In this document: piece after piece, positions 14,286 through 27,949 of the stretch
How positions within the stretch are numbered: the stretch's first letter is position 1
Layout: each line of letters begins with the position of its first letter
Made by a program: the position numbers and the translations under genes
The notes under the pieces: generated by a model
Told to the model about the DNA's origin: nothing
Database searches by the model: none
The model's input: the letters and a program-made list of their open reading frames with translations, nothing else
NCBI GenBank assembly: GCA_964016885.1
Contig: OZ024764.1
Coordinates: 1,240,001 to 1,304,000, forward strand
Length of the DNA stretch: 64,000 bases
Reading direction: 5' to 3'
Source: Eledone cirrhosa
Lineage: Eukaryota

Positions 14286-15409
14286 TAATGTGTGAGAGAG
14301 ACATAAACAAAACAATCATAAAACTTCCTTATTAGGCTGGGGGGAGTAAACTGCTGATTAAATGGTAACATTGGCCCTGGATTTTAAATGTGAAATAACC
14401 ATAGTCAGTATGATCTTATTCCGCTCCAAATGACCTCATCTGAAACACAGCAATATACCACATAACATTGCTTCTGAAGTGTTTAGCTTTGTTAGTACGG
14501 ACTGTAAGTAGTATAGGGATAAAAGCTGGAGGATAGATTCATTTCAAATAGTATCAGTTTTTCTTTGTTCTGTAAAATCAAAGACTGTAAAACTACTTTA
14601 TAAAAGCTAACACAATATTGTTAAACCTTCCTATAGATCAAAGGATCTTCAGTTTAAGCTGTTTCTAGACTTCCGTGGGACGTTACTCTCTCTCTCTGAA
14701 TATCTAACACTTAAGTATCTCTCTCTGTATAACTGCCTATCTCTCTCTCTCTGCCTCTCCTTCTTTAGATGTGTGTGTATGTGTGTCTGTAGTTTTCCTG
14801 TGATTCAACCAAGCAATAAACATCTCTCTTTTATATTAAACTAGACCACCCGTGACCCGTTGGGTCAAATTAGTTTCCCTTCAAATTAGTTTCTTAAAAT
14901 CATGTTCACTTAAAAATAATTTTTAAATGATTAAAATATACACAGACATGTATATAATGTGAAATGAAACGGGAAGGCCCATATATATGTGTGTGCATGT
15001 ATATATGTGTGTGTATGTATATATATATGTGTGTGTGTGTGTGTATATATATGTGGGTGTCTGTAATCTATATACACTGGTTATAGACACATACACACAC
15101 ATATATACCCACATATATACACACTCATATATACACAACAACACCATCAGCTCTCTCTTCCATTATCCTCCTCTCCCTCTCTCTCTTTCAATCTACTCTC
15201 TCACAACCACTATCTCTTCCTCTCTATCCATAAAGGTACCCAGTAAACCCCATATCTCGGGAACCCGTGATCTGATTTACTCAAAACTTGTTTTATTCCA
15301 TTTGTATTCCCATTTCAGGGCCAACTTCCTTTCAAAGTATTTTCCCATTATGCTCCCTTTTGGCTGTATTACATTACAGACAAGCACACAATCACAGAGT
15401 TTTAGTGAT

Positions 15410-16640
15410 AGATAGATTTCTTTATTTGCCAAAAGAGCGCACAAGAAAAGGGGACAATACAAAGACACATGCCGGGGATTTTACATACAGTCGTGTAAAA
15501 ATATAAAACAAACAATTACAACAATCGAAATCCCCAATAGAGGGGAGGCGCCACAAATGAGTTGTTTAATACCCCGTAGATAGAACAACCCTCAACTCCA
15601 GCAGTGTGTTGTGCAAGTGCTCCTTTCTTCCTTTTGCTCTCTTCTTTAACCTTCAGGTTTATATAGAGAGAAGGCCCAATTACTCGGGCGATTTTTGCCA
15701 CATTCACCCACCTTTCAGTAAATTTACTGGGGTGCAGTGCCTCTCTCTCCACTCTGATTCTCCTTCTAAAGTGTACCTAAAGAAGGGAGTGAGTTGTTGT
15801 CCGGAGAGAAAGGCATCTGTCCTCAGTCCTCTCAACCTCGTCCACCATATAACACCTTTCAGTAAATTTACTGGGGTGCAGTGCCTCTCTCTCCACCCTG
15901 ATTCTCCTTCTAAAGTGTACCTAAAGAAGGGAATGAGTTGTTGTCCGGAGAGAAAGGCATCTGTCCTCAGTCCTCTCAATCTCGTCCACCATATAACACC
16001 TTTCAGTAAATTTACTGGGGTGCAGTGCCTCTCTCTCCACTCTGATTCTCCTTCTAAAGTGATACATAAAGAAGGGAATGAGTTGTTGTCCGGAGAGAAA
16101 GGCATCTGTCCTCAGTCCTCTCAATCTCGTCCACCATATAACACCTTTCAGTAAATTTACTGGGGTGCAGTGCCTCTCTCTCCACCCTGATTCTCCTTCT
16201 AAAGTGTACCTAAAGAAGGGAATGAGTTGTTGTCCGGAGAGAAAGGCATCTGTCCTCAGTCCTCTCAATCTCGTCCACCATATAACACCTTTCAGTAAAT
16301 TTACTGGGGTGCAGTGCCTCTCTCTCCACTCTGATTCTCCTTCTAAAGTGATACGTAAAGAAGGGAATGAGTTGTTGTCCGGAGAGAAAGGCATCTGTCC
16401 TCAGTCCTCTCAATCTCGTCCACCATATAACACCTTTCAGTAAATTTACTGGGGTGCAGTGCCTCTCTCTCCCCTCTGATTCTCCTTCTAAAGTGGTACC
16501 TAAAGAAGGGAATGAGTTGTTGTCCGGAGAGAAAGGCATCTGTCCTCAGTCCTCTCAATCTCGTCCACCACATAACCTCTTTCACCATAGCCACCGTACA
16601 GAGGAAAACCGCCTCTCTTTCGTTTTTGAAAGAAGTTGAT
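15410..16640 (-). mobile_element. L1/Tx1-like LINE 3' fragment with internal 144-145 bp x6 tandem amplification
   Basis: Minus strand VKEVMWWTRLRGL...LIPFFRYHFRRRIRVEREAL...FTERW, then a 3' UTR with AATAAA; array ~15710-16575. Confidence 0.7.
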
Positions 16641-16769
16641 AGATATATGAGGGAGACTGCGAGGTAGCGACATCTAGAGGTCAGTTTTTCTCACACACAC
16701 CCTGCAATTCTTTCTCTTATATACACACACACTCGTGTTTAGTTTTTATATAAAATGTGTTTGTGGAGG

Positions 16770-17390
16770 AACAGTAATCAGTAGAGCATCAGACAACATG
16801 TTTTGCATCATATAGTTACATCCCTTTACGTTCTAAGTTCAAAACCTGCCACGGTTAGCATTGTCTTTCATCCTTAAAGGGTCGATAAAATAAAGTACCA
16901 GTAATGCATTGGGGTCGATAAAATAAAATACCAGTAATGCATTGGGGTTGATAAAATAAAATACCAGTAATGCATTGGGTTGATAGAATAAAGTACCAGT
17001 AATGCATTGGGGTTGATAGAATAAAGTACCAGTAATGTACTAGGGTTGATAAAATAAAGTACCAGTAATGCATTGGGGTTGATAGAATAAAGTACCAGTA
17101 ATGCATTGGAGTTGATAAAATAAAGTACCAGTAATGCATTGGGGTTGATAAAATAAAGTACCAGTAATAGACTGGGGTTGATAAAATAAAGTACCAGTAA
17201 TGTACTGGGTTGATTTTGTCAACTTTCTTCTCCCTCTTTGTTCTGAGTTCAAATCCCGCAGAAGTTAACTTTACCTTTCATCCTTGCGGGGTTGATAAAA
17301 TAAAGTACCAGTAATACAGTGTGGGTCGATTTAATCAACTTTCCCCTCTCCCAAATTGCTGGCCTTGTGCCTAAAGAATAAAACATTTAT
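16770..17390 (+). mobile_element. Nin-domain SINE (family B) with ~33 bp tandem expansion
   Basis: ctttcatcctt..ggggtcgataaaataaagtaccagt Nin-like core; ~10 tandem units at 16878-17210. Confidence 0.8.
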
Positions 17391-17803
17391 AAACAAGAAG
17401 AAAAATACGTTTTTAATGAAAAAAAAAAACCTTATAAGAAATATTAAATACCGTTTTGTCTGCCATGGACTGCTTTGACACGGGTTTCAACTTGATTAAA
17501 TAAAGAGGTATATATAATTAGATATATATATATATATTTATTTATATGCAAAAGTTCTATTTAAATTGTTGGGATACAACAAGCAAATATTTTTATAACT
17601 GATATAAAGCACTCAACAAGTATTTGGAGTAGATATAAGATATTAATAAATGGAAACTATATTTATAAAACCATATCTATTTTATTATACATATTTCAAG
17701 GATACCATGAAAAATATCCTGATATCCTGATGTCTTCCAAAAATAACGGTTGCATTTTGAAAGGGTATGTTAAAATTTATTTATAAAACTGGTATATATT
17801 GTA

Positions 17804-17864
17804 TTTTGTCTGATGAAAGCACACCATAATTTAACTTGGTATCCTTGAAATATGTATAATAAAA
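17804..17864 (+). ncRNA. Type I hammerhead ribozyme motif
   Basis: TTTTGT-CTGATGA-AAG..ACCA/TGGT..CTT-GAAA-TATGTAT-A-ATAAAA; paralog at 28265; inverted partial copy at ~17640-17710. Confidence 0.65.
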
Positions 17865-19849
17865 TAGATATAGTTTTATAAATATAGTTTCCATTTGTTA
17901 ATATCGTATATATATATATATATTAAAATAACAGATTAAAGTTTAAGCAAAGAATCGCTGCTTTCACCCTTAACGGGATCTTCTGAAACTCATATATTTA
18001 ATATATATTATCCTTATCGAGCCCTCTGTTGAAACGGCAGGAGATCAGCCGCAGGGGTCACAAATTGTTCATATACATACATAGATACATATATATATAT
18101 ACATAAACATACATATATACATACATACGTACATACACATACATACATATATATACACACACACACATACATATTACACACACATACATATATATACACA
18201 AATACATATATACACACATATATATACACACACACATACATACATATACACACACACATATATATATACACACACACATACATATACACACACATACATA
18301 CATATGTACACATGCACATACATATATATACACACACATACATATACACACACATACATACATATGTACACATGCACATACATATATATACACACACATA
18401 CATATACACACACACACATACACATACATACATATACACACACAGACATATATACACACATACATATATATACACACACACACATACATATACACACATA
18501 CATACATATACACACACACAGACATATACATACATATATATACACATACATACATATATATACACACACATACATATATATACACACACACACATATATA
18601 CACACATACATATACACACACATACATATACATACACACATATACACACACATACATATATATACACACATACATATACACACACATACATATATACATA
18701 TATATACACACACACACATATATATACACACACACACATACATATACACACATATACACATACATACATATACACACACATACATACACACACATATACA
18801 CACACACACATACATATATACACACATACATATATATACACACACATACATACATATACACACACATACATACATATATACACACACATACATATACACA
18901 CACCCACACACACATACATATACATACATACACACACATACATATATATATATATATACGCATGTGTATTATATACATATATACAGGAACGTGTTGTTTT
19001 AGGTTCCTATACTAGGAATCTACCCCTCGCTAAAGTCATAAGAATTATTTTATATATACACACATTTATATATAGTTACATATAACTATCATAATTAGAA
19101 AGATAGGCAGAGCTGAAACTTCGAAGTCACTGTCGCTTTTCTATTCAGAAAATAATATTTACAATCAACTTATGTATTGAGTACTTCATCAGAAAATGTT
19201 TGGAATTTTTAACACCCCATTCTACTTTATATATCAAAGTTGGTGCTACTGGTAACATGTATCCCAGTACAACCTGTCTCATGGTCGGGTCGTTGGCGAC
19301 TAAACTGGCAACCCCTCCAAGGTTTCTTGGTGAGGAGGGTGACTTTGGACATCCTGCAGGACTAAAAACAAAACCTGTCAAAGGGCAAAGGAGCTCTTAA
19401 GAGTCAATGGCCATCCAAAATCACTGGGAGAGATGACCCCTTAGCCTTTGTCAAGGCAGAATTCTAGGAGAAGGAAAACTCTGATATAACACCTGCAACC
19501 CTGATGGTATCCAATGATGTTGACTTGTTCTTCTTTTTGGTAAATATCATCTTGGTTAAGAGAGTGGGACTGGCTTTGTGCAGTGCCTTTGCTCACTATA
19601 AAAGCTTCACGGCACAGGCATTGCTTTATATCTGGAGATCTCTCTGCACTTGTCGTCACATGGTACCATGGGCCCAGCACTATGTGTCAGTAATTGTCAC
19701 AAGTGTAGTGTTTGTACCAGAGCTTTCAAGTCGCTGGCTGGACTAAAAAGTCACTCGTTCAGCGCATTGGTAGGGGTTCTCCTACATGGATATAAAGTAG
19801 TGGCCGTACTCGAAAACGAGTTGGCAGCCACCATATATATATATATATA

Positions 19850-19913
19850 TTGTCTGATGAACGAATGCGGACGTGTCTTGTATTCGTCTTATTCGGGAAA
19901 CCTCTGGTAATGA
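19850..19913 (+). ncRNA. Hammerhead-like motif
   Basis: CTGATGA-ACGAATGC...GTATTCGT hairpin-(9 extra nt)-GAAA-CCtctGGT-A; stem I is weak. Confidence 0.4.
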
Positions 19914-20073
19914 GGTAATTATACTGTATTGTTTATTATACATTATATATATATATATATATACCAAATAGTGAGTGTGTTCTGTTATTACTTCTGGCAA
20001 TATTATTACAACAATATGACCCCCTCCAAGTATAACAATATTTGTTTCAACACAGGATTTCATTACAAAACAA

Positions 20074-20138
<65 letters not shown>

Positions 20139-21204
20139 CCAAAGATTAATATGGTTCATTGATTACTCAATGAATATAGTTTTACAATAGATTAAAAGCA
20201 CTCTACAAGTAAAAACACCACAGTACCTTCGAAATATATATAATAAAACATATATTTTGTTTATGTGAATGTCTTCATTTATTATTATTCTGAATAATAT
20301 ATATATATATAAACATACATGCCTATATATATAATACATATATATATAAACATACATGCCTATATATATAATATATATATATATATGTATATAAACATAC
20401 ATGCCTATATATACATATATATATTATATAAACATGTGTGTGTAATATATAAATATATATACATGCATTTATACATATATATTTTATATACACATATATA
20501 TTGTATATTATACATTAATATATAAATACATGCATGTATATATATGTATATGTGTGTGTGTGTGTGTTATATATATATGTAGATATATCTTATATATATA
20601 TAAATGAAAAGCATATATATATACATGTATGTATATATAAATCTGTGTGTGTGTATTATATATATGTAGATATATATAAATACATGTATGTATATAAATA
20701 TATATAAACACACACAAACCCTGTCTGATGTCTTCTGAGGATTTTCAAGTCTGAAGTAAAATTACAGTCAAGGGGAGATAACCAGGGTATGTTAGGTTGT
20801 CAACGGTCGTCTGCCAGTCGAGGAGTACTCAACCAGTTTAAATGTCCTTAAAACTAATAAAAACATATATTGACAGCAATTAATGAATTAGAAACGATGG
20901 AATTATCAATGGTCGATGTTTACAGACCAGATAATCTCACCATTGAGCTTTAGTTTAGATGTAGAAGCCATATATATGACTCCAGTGTCACAAAATATTT
21001 CGCGCCTTCTCACATCGTAAATGTTTATACGGATTTCAAAATAATTCGTCGCCCGCATTAAATCCCTTGGGGTTGTTTTAAGAAGTACCCCAGCATGGCC
21101 CAGTTGAATGGCTGAAACAGGAAGTAATAGTTAAATATAATAAAAAATTTATAGAGAAAAAAATTTACCAAGCACTGTAGACAATAATTTTCATTTCCAT
21201 TATT

Positions 21205-21550
21205 ATGAGTTCAAATCCCGCCCAGATTAACTTTGCCTTTCATTCTCACGGGGTCGATAAAATAAAGTACCAGTAATTCACTGTGTAATTGCTGGCCTTG
21301 TGCCAAAAGTAGAAACAATTATCATGAGTTCAAATACCGCCGAGGTTAGCTTTGCCTTTCATCATTACGGGGCCGATAAAATAAGGTACCAGTAACGTAC
21401 TAGGGTCGATTTAATTAACTTTCAACTCCCCAAAATTGCTGGCCTTGTGCCTAAATAAGAAACCATAATTATGAGTTCAAATTCCGCCGAGGTTAACTTT
21501 GCCTTTCCTCCTTACGGGGTCGATAAAATAAAGTACCAGTAATGCACTGG
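21205..21550 (+). mobile_element. Three tandem 5'-truncated Nin-domain SINE copies
   Basis: gagttcaaatcccgcc...gcctttcat...ggggtcgataaaataaagtacc repeated three times. Confidence 0.85.
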
Positions 21551-21567
21551 CGCTGAATTAAATAAAA

Positions 21568-21600
<33 letters not shown>

Positions 21601-21604
<4 letters not shown>

Positions 21605-21791
21605 AACAAGTAAGACCCCGACGGCTGAGCTCAAGCCGTTTCGACGGCTAATTCTGGACTGAATTCGCCGTCGAAACGGCTTGAGCTCAGCCGTCGGGGT
21701 CTTACTGGTTCCTATTACCCACTCTACTACCCTAAGTATTGAGTACTTTGGTGCGTTATGGTCCACCTGGTTCCTTACCACATTTCCTCCG

Positions 21792-21793
<2 letters not shown>
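21601..21793 (+). mobile_element. Hairpin element between (TA)n tracts, carrying the 3' half of a hammerhead
   Basis: Inverted arms; GAAA-CGGCT-tgagctc-AGCCGT-C; second copy at 36141-36343. Confidence 0.7.
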
Positions 21794-21825
<32 letters not shown>

Positions 21826-21864
21826 TTATTTAATTACATAATAAATAACACACTATAATTATTC

Positions 21865-21928
21865 CATTACGAAAGGTTTCAGGAAACTAGACGATCCTAA
21901 AAGAAATGTCCAGTTCGCTCATCAGATG
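21865..21928 (-). ncRNA. Type I hammerhead ribozyme motif
   Basis: Reverse complement: CAT-CTGATGA-gcGAACTGGAC...GTCTAGTTTcct-GAAA-CctttcGT-A-ATG. Confidence 0.65.
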
Positions 21929-22082
21929 ATATAGTTATGTTTTGGATATAAGATTTGAGATTAATATCTACATATATCTATATATATAGATTTACAGTTT
22001 AGCTTCAGGCGTAGTTGTATACAGATATTTATTGGAATTTCGTATTTCAGAAGAAATACGGTATGTTTGTAATAAACATATA

Positions 22083-22280
22083 AAGTTTAAAATAGAAATG
22101 AATTCTACAGGACTAGAACTGTTTCATTCAAAAGAAATCATCCAGGCTTTCCTGGTGATTTCTTTTGAATGAAACAGTTCTAGTTCTGTGGAAGCCATTT
22201 CTATATTAAACTCGATGTTTACACTCTACTAATGTATTGAGTACCTTACTAACTGTAGTTACCCCAGATTGAACCCATTC
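22083..22280. mobile_element. Palindromic element of the 10151 family with degenerate hammerhead cores
   Basis: Inverted arms ~22085-22212; cores CTGGTGA and CTGGATGA; same downstream aatgtattgagtaccttact motif as at 10229. Confidence 0.65.
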
Positions 22281-22319
22281 TCAGCTCAGTAAGAGAGAGG
22301 GTCCCATAAGTAAGAGAGA

Positions 22320-23475
22320 GGGTCACCCATTTTGCTTGGCAGGCTTATCGGGAGCCCTCCTACCTCTCTTTTGGTGATCAAATCATCACCTCTGCCTCAG
22401 GAGTTCAACGGGGTGACCTACTCGGGTCCACTCTGTTTGCACTGGGCATTGATGACATCACCAAGATGGGGGTTGTGTTGGACCTCAATGTCTGATATCT
22501 TGATTTGGAGGGACCTCCTCGCCACTGGTAAAAAAATGTTTGAGGAGCTTGGCCATCGGGGTGTCCAGGTAAATAGTTCCAAATGTGAGCTCTGGATCCT
22601 CAACCACCTGGCTTCTCAACATCAACAGACAATTGACCTGTTTACAGACCTTCCACTGCGATCCTTCCTCCGTCGGCTTGGTGCTCCTTAGGAAATCCAA
22701 TCACAGACCTTGCCTTCGAGTCAATCTTCCAATCGAAGATGGTTGGCCTTGAGCAATTACTGAAGAATATTGAGGCAAGCGAACCCCATCAAGAAACTAC
22801 CTTTCTATTCCTAATCTTCTCTATATGTTCAGGGTCAGCCCTTCTCACAGATTTTCCTAATGTCTCCAACGATTTGACGACCTAATCATTAAGAGAGCTT
22901 TTGCTCAGGCAAACATCCCTTCAATTTTGGAACCGTCTGGATTGTACAGAATTGATGGGAAAAGACCTGACGGCCTTACCCTGTGCCCCTGGTCGAGAGG
23001 CATGTGCCTTGTCTGGGACATCACAGTTAATGACTCTTTAGCTTCTTCCTACATCCTGGGTGCTGCGGTTAGGGTGAGAGCCACAGCTTCCGCAGCCGAA
23101 TGGAACAAAATCCTAAAATACTATGATCTGTTGGCTAACTACATTTTCCAGCCTGTGGCGTTCGAGACGTTTGGGGGAGTTGGGCCGCTGACTGCGAGTT
23201 TCCTCTCTTCACTGACGGCTCACCTAATAGAGGTAACTGGTGAATCTCGCGAGAGCACTTGGTTGTTTTAACACCTCAGCCTCGCCTAACGGAGATAACT
23301 GGAGATGATCGTGAGGGCACTTGGTTGTTCCAGCGTATCAGCCTCGCCATCACCCGAGGTAATACTACGAGTGTGCTGGCTTGCCCCAAAAATTATTAGA
23401 GAGGTTTCCCAGTTCTCCTCGCGATGCTGTTACCTTTTGCTCTGGTAGTGGCTCCATTGTCCACCCCTTTTGCCT
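22320..23475 (+). mobile_element. CRE/R2-group non-LTR retrotransposon fragment (RT remnant + restriction-like endonuclease)
   Basis: GVQRGDLLGSTLF RT remnant; EPSGLYRIDGKRPDGLTLCPW...LVWDITV.DSLA...K..KY...FQPVAFETFG. Confidence 0.85.
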
Positions 23476-23479
23476 GTCT

Positions 23480-26400
23480 TGTGTTGTATGTAGTCCTAGA
23501 TGTATGTATTACCTGCTTATGTGTTGTGTGTGGTCCTAAATGTGTGTATTACTTGCTCATGTGTTGTATATGGTCCTAAATGTGTATATTGCCTGCTTGT
23601 GTGTTGTATGTGGTCCTAGATGTGTGTATTACCTGCTGGTGTGTTGTATGTGGTCCAAGATGTGTGTATTGCCTGCTTGTGTGTTGTATGTAGTCCTAGA
23701 TGTGTGTATTACCTGCTTGTGTGTTGTATGTGGTCCAAGATGTGTGTATTGCCTGCTTGTGTGTTGTATGTAGTCCTAGATGTGTATATTACCTGCTGGT
23801 GTGTTGTATGTGGTCCTATATGTATGTATTACCTGCTTATGTATTGTATGTGGTTCTAGATGTGTATATTACCTGCTGGTGTGTTGTATGTGGTCCTAGA
23901 TGTATGTATTACCTGCTGGTGTGTTGTATGTGGTCCTAGATGTGTGTATTACCTGCTTGTGTGTTGTATGTGGTCCAAGATGTGTGTATTGCCTGCTTGT
24001 GTGTTGTATGTAGTCCTAGATGTGTATATTACCTGCTGGTGTGTTGTATGTGGTCCTAGATGTATGTATTACCTGCTTATGTATTGTATGTGGTTCTAGA
24101 TGTGTATATTACCTGCTGGTGTGTTGTATGTGGTCCTAGATGTATGTATTACCTGCTGGTGTGTTGTATGTGGTCCTAGATGTATGTATTACCTGCTTGT
24201 GTGTTGTATGTGGTCCTAGATGTATGTATTACCTGCTTGTGTGTTGTATGTGGTCCTAGATGTGTGTATTACCTGCTTGTGTGTTGTATGTGGTCCTAGA
24301 TGTGTGTATTACCTACTTGTGTGTTGTATGTGGTCCTAGATGTGTGTATTACCTGCTTATGTGTTGTATGTGGTCCTAGATGTATGTATTACCTGCTTGT
24401 GTGTTGTATGTGGTCCTAGACGTTGTATTACCTGCTTGTGTGTTGTATGTGGTCCTAGATGTATGTATTACCTGCTTATGTGTTGTATGTGGTCCAAGAT
24501 GTGTGTATTGCCAGCTTGTGTCTTGTATGTGGTCCTAGATGTATGTATTACCTGCTTGTGTGTTGTATGTGGTCCAAGATGTGTGTATTGCCTGCTTGTG
24601 TGTTGTATGTAGTCCTAGATGTGTATATTACCTGCTGGTGTGTTGTATGTGGTCCTAGATGTATGTATTACCTGCTTATGTATTGTATGTGGTTCTAGAT
24701 GTGTATATTACCTGCTGGTGTGTTGTATGTGGTCCTAGATGTATGTATTACCTGCTTGTGTGTTGTATGTGGTCCTAGATGTGTGTATTACCTGCTTGTG
24801 TGTTGTATGTGGTCCTAGATGTGTGTATTACCTGCTTGTGTGTTGTATGTGGTCCTAGATATGTGTATTACCTGCTTGTGTGTTGTATGTGGTCCTAGAT
24901 GTATGTATTACCTGCTTGTGAGTTGTATGTGGTCCTAGATGTGTGTATTACCTGCTTGTGTGTTGTATGTGGTCCTAGGTGTATGTATCACCTGCTTGTG
25001 TGTTGTATTTGGTCCTAGATGTATGTATTACCTACTTGTGTGTTGTATGTGGTCCTAGATGTATGTATTACCTGCTTGTGTGTTGTATGTGGTCCTAGAT
25101 GTGTGTATTACCTGCTTGTGTGTTGTATGTGGTCCTAGATGTATGTATTACCTGCTTGTGTGTTGTATGTGGTCCTAGATGTGTGTATTGCCAGCTTGTG
25201 TGTTGTATGTGGTCCTAGATATGTGTATTACCTGCTTGTGTGTTGTATGTGGTCCTAGATGTATGTATTACCTGCTTGTGTGTTGTATGTGGTCCTAGAT
25301 GTGTGTATTACCTGCTTGTGTCTTGTATGTGGTCCTAGATATGTGTATTACCTGCTTGTGTGTTGTATGTGGTCCTAGATGTATGTATTACCTGCTTGTG
25401 TGTTGTATGTGGTCCTAGATGTATGTATTACCTGCTTGTGTGTTGTATGTGGTCCTAGATGTGTGTATTACCTGCTTGTGTGTTGTATGTGGTCCTAGGT
25501 GTATGTATCACCTGCTTGTGTGTTGTATTTGGTCCTAGATGTATGTATTACCTACTTGTATGTGGTCCTAGATGTATGTATTACCTGCTTGTGTGTTGTA
25601 TGTGGTCCTAGATGTGTGTATTACCTGCTTGTGTGTTGTATGTGGTCCTAGATATGTGTATTACCTGCTTGTGTGTTGTATGTGGTCCTAGATGTATGTA
25701 TTACCTGCTTGTGTGTTGTATGTGGTCCTAGATGTATGTATTACCTGCTTGTGTGTTGTATGTCGTCCTAGATGTGTGTATTACCTACTTGTGTGTTGTA
25801 TGTGGTCCTAGATGTGTGTATTACCTGCTTGTGTGTTGTATGTGGTCCTAGATGTGTGTATTACCTGCTTGTGTGTTGTATGTGGTCCTAGATGTGTGTA
25901 TTACCTACTTGTGTGTTGTATGTGGTCCTAGATGTGTGTATTACCTGCTTGTGTGTTGTATGTAGTCCTAGATGTATGTATTACCTGCTTATGTGTTGTA
26001 TGTGGTCCTAGATGTATGTATTACTTGCTGGTGTGTTGTATGTAGTCCTAGATGTATGTATTACCTGCTTGTGTGTTGTATGTGGTCCTAGATGTATGTA
26101 TTACCTGCTTGTGTGTTGTATGTAGTCCTAGATGTGTGTATTACCTGCTTGTGTGTTGTATGTGGTCCTAGATGCATGTATTACCTGCTTGTGTGTTGTA
26201 TGTGGTCCTAGATATGTGTATTACCTGCTTGTGTGTTGTATGTGGTCCTAGATGTATGTATTATCAGCTGGTGTGTTGTATGTAGTCCTAGATGTATGTA
26301 TTACCTGCTTGTGTGTTGTATGTGGTCCTAGATGTATGTATTACCTGCTTGTGTGTTGTATGTGGTCCTAGATGTATGTATTACCTGCTTGTGTGTTGTA

Positions 26401-26673
26401 TGTAGTCCTAGATGTGTGTATTACCTGCTTGTGTGTTGTATGTGGTCCTAGATGTGTGTATTACCTGCTTGTGTGTTGTATGTAATCCTAGATGTATGTA
26501 TTACCTGCTTGTGTGTTGTATGTAGTCCTAGATGTATGTATTACCTGCTTATGTGTTGTATGTGGTCCTAGATGTGTGTATTACTTGCTGGTGTGTTGTA
26601 TGTGGTCCTAGATGTGTGTATTACCTGATTATGTATTGTATGTGGTCCTAGATGTATGTATTACCTACTTGTG
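23480..26673. repeat. 40 bp satellite (~80 copies)
   Basis: Unit gtgttgtatgtggtcctagatgtatgtattacctgcttgt. Confidence 0.95.
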
Positions 26674-27077
26674 TTCAGTGAAACGTGGATCGGTCGTCAC
26701 ACAGAGATGTTATAGATAAAAGATATGAAATCTCATTTCATATCTTAGTTATATTTGACATTGACCCTAGTGCGTGACTGGTACTTTATTTAATCAACTC
26801 TGGAAGGATGAAAGGCAAAGTTAACCTCGGCGGGATTTGTACTCAGACTGTAAAGGGCCATAACTCAATGCTGCAAAGCATGGCGTGGGACCCTCTACCG
26901 ATACTGCCAATCCATCGAATAATATATATATATTTAGCTTCATATCATGTCTCCCTATTTTATCTGATGAGAACGCAAATATCATCCCATGATGATATTT
27001 GTTTTTCAAATGCGCATAATAAAATACTTGGAACTCTTTTAACCATCTTTTGATCTTATATTATTTATACTCCAGTC

Positions 27078-27182
27078 AAATCCCGCCGAGGTTAACTTTG
27101 CCTTTCATCCTTACGGGGTCGATAAAATAAAGTACCAGTAATGCACTGGGTAATTGCTGGCCTTGTGCCTAAAGTAGAAACA
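27078..27182 (+). mobile_element. 5'-truncated Nin-domain SINE with 18 bp target-site duplication
   Basis: attatttatactccagtc at 27060-27077 and 27183-27200. Confidence 0.85.
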
Positions 27183-27290
27183 ATTATTTATACTCCAGTC
27201 CTATAAACTGTGGAGTGCTACTTATCCGATATTTGCATTGCTTTATTGTGCTAAATAAAACTCACCTCCTACATATATATATCTGTGTAC

Positions 27291-27354
<64 letters not shown>

Positions 27355-27723
27355 GTATATATATATATATATATATACGTATATATATATAGAGAGAGAG
27401 AGATAGATGTAGGAGGTGAGTTTTATTGTAGTACAATAAAGCAATGCAGATATCGGATAAGTAGCACTCCACAGTTTATAGGACTGGAGTATACATAATA
27501 TAAGATCAAAAGATGGTTAAAGGAGTTCCATGTATTTTATTATGCGCATTTCAAAAACAAACATCATCATGCAATAATATTTGTGTTTTCATCAGATAAA
27601 ACAGGAGAACATGATATGAAGGCTAAAAAACACTTGTGGATAGTGCAGTTTTAAATCAATATATGTTGATTTAAAACTGCACTATCCACAAGTGTTTTTT
27701 AGCCTTCATATCATGTTCTCCTG

Positions 27724-27790
27724 TTTTATCTGATGAAAACACAAATATTATTGCATGATGATGTTTGTTTTTGAAATGCGCATAATAAAA
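27724..27790 (+). ncRNA. Type I hammerhead ribozyme motif (mirror at 27535-27601; GAAA>CAAA copy at 26958-27024)
   Basis: TTTTAT-CTGATGA-long stem II-GAAA-TGCGCAT-A-ATAAAA; palindromic stem III ATGCGCAT. Confidence 0.75.
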
Positions 27791-27822
27791 TACATGGAAC
27801 TCCTTTAACCATCTTTTGATCT

Positions 27823-27858
<36 letters not shown>

Positions 27859-27911
27859 TTATTTATGAAAGTAAAACAAAGAAGCCTTCAATACATCAAA
27901 AGTCTTTATTA

Positions 27912-27949
27912 GCCAACAATGTTTCGTCCTATCAAGGACTCATCGGGGC
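27912..27949 (-). ncRNA. Minimal hammerhead motif with U4C variant
   Basis: Reverse complement: GCC-CCGATGA-GTCCttgataGGAC-GAAA-CattGT-T-GGC. Confidence 0.6.

Larger units (their letters stand above)
26935..27830. mobile_element. Three alternating-orientation copies (+,-,+) of a hammerhead-bearing element
   Basis: Copy A 26935-27270, copy B 27407-27660 (reverse), copy C 27665-27830; B and C form a near-perfect palindrome. Confidence 0.8.

Noticed and set aside
16667-16681. CTCF-like motif GCGACATCTAGAGG
   Set aside because: A single imperfect short match with no supporting context
19114-19133. GAAACTTCGAAGTC half hammerhead
   Set aside because: No CTGANGA half is found upstream
19230-19510. 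Possible RTE 5' UTR with an HDV-like ribozyme (similar segment at 63150-63330)
   Set aside because: Could not fold a complete nested double pseudoknot by eye
23480-26673. CRISPR-like regular arrays (also the 42, 48, 65, 95 and 108 bp arrays)
   Set aside because: Head-to-tail units with no unique spacers, no cas genes and a eukaryotic context
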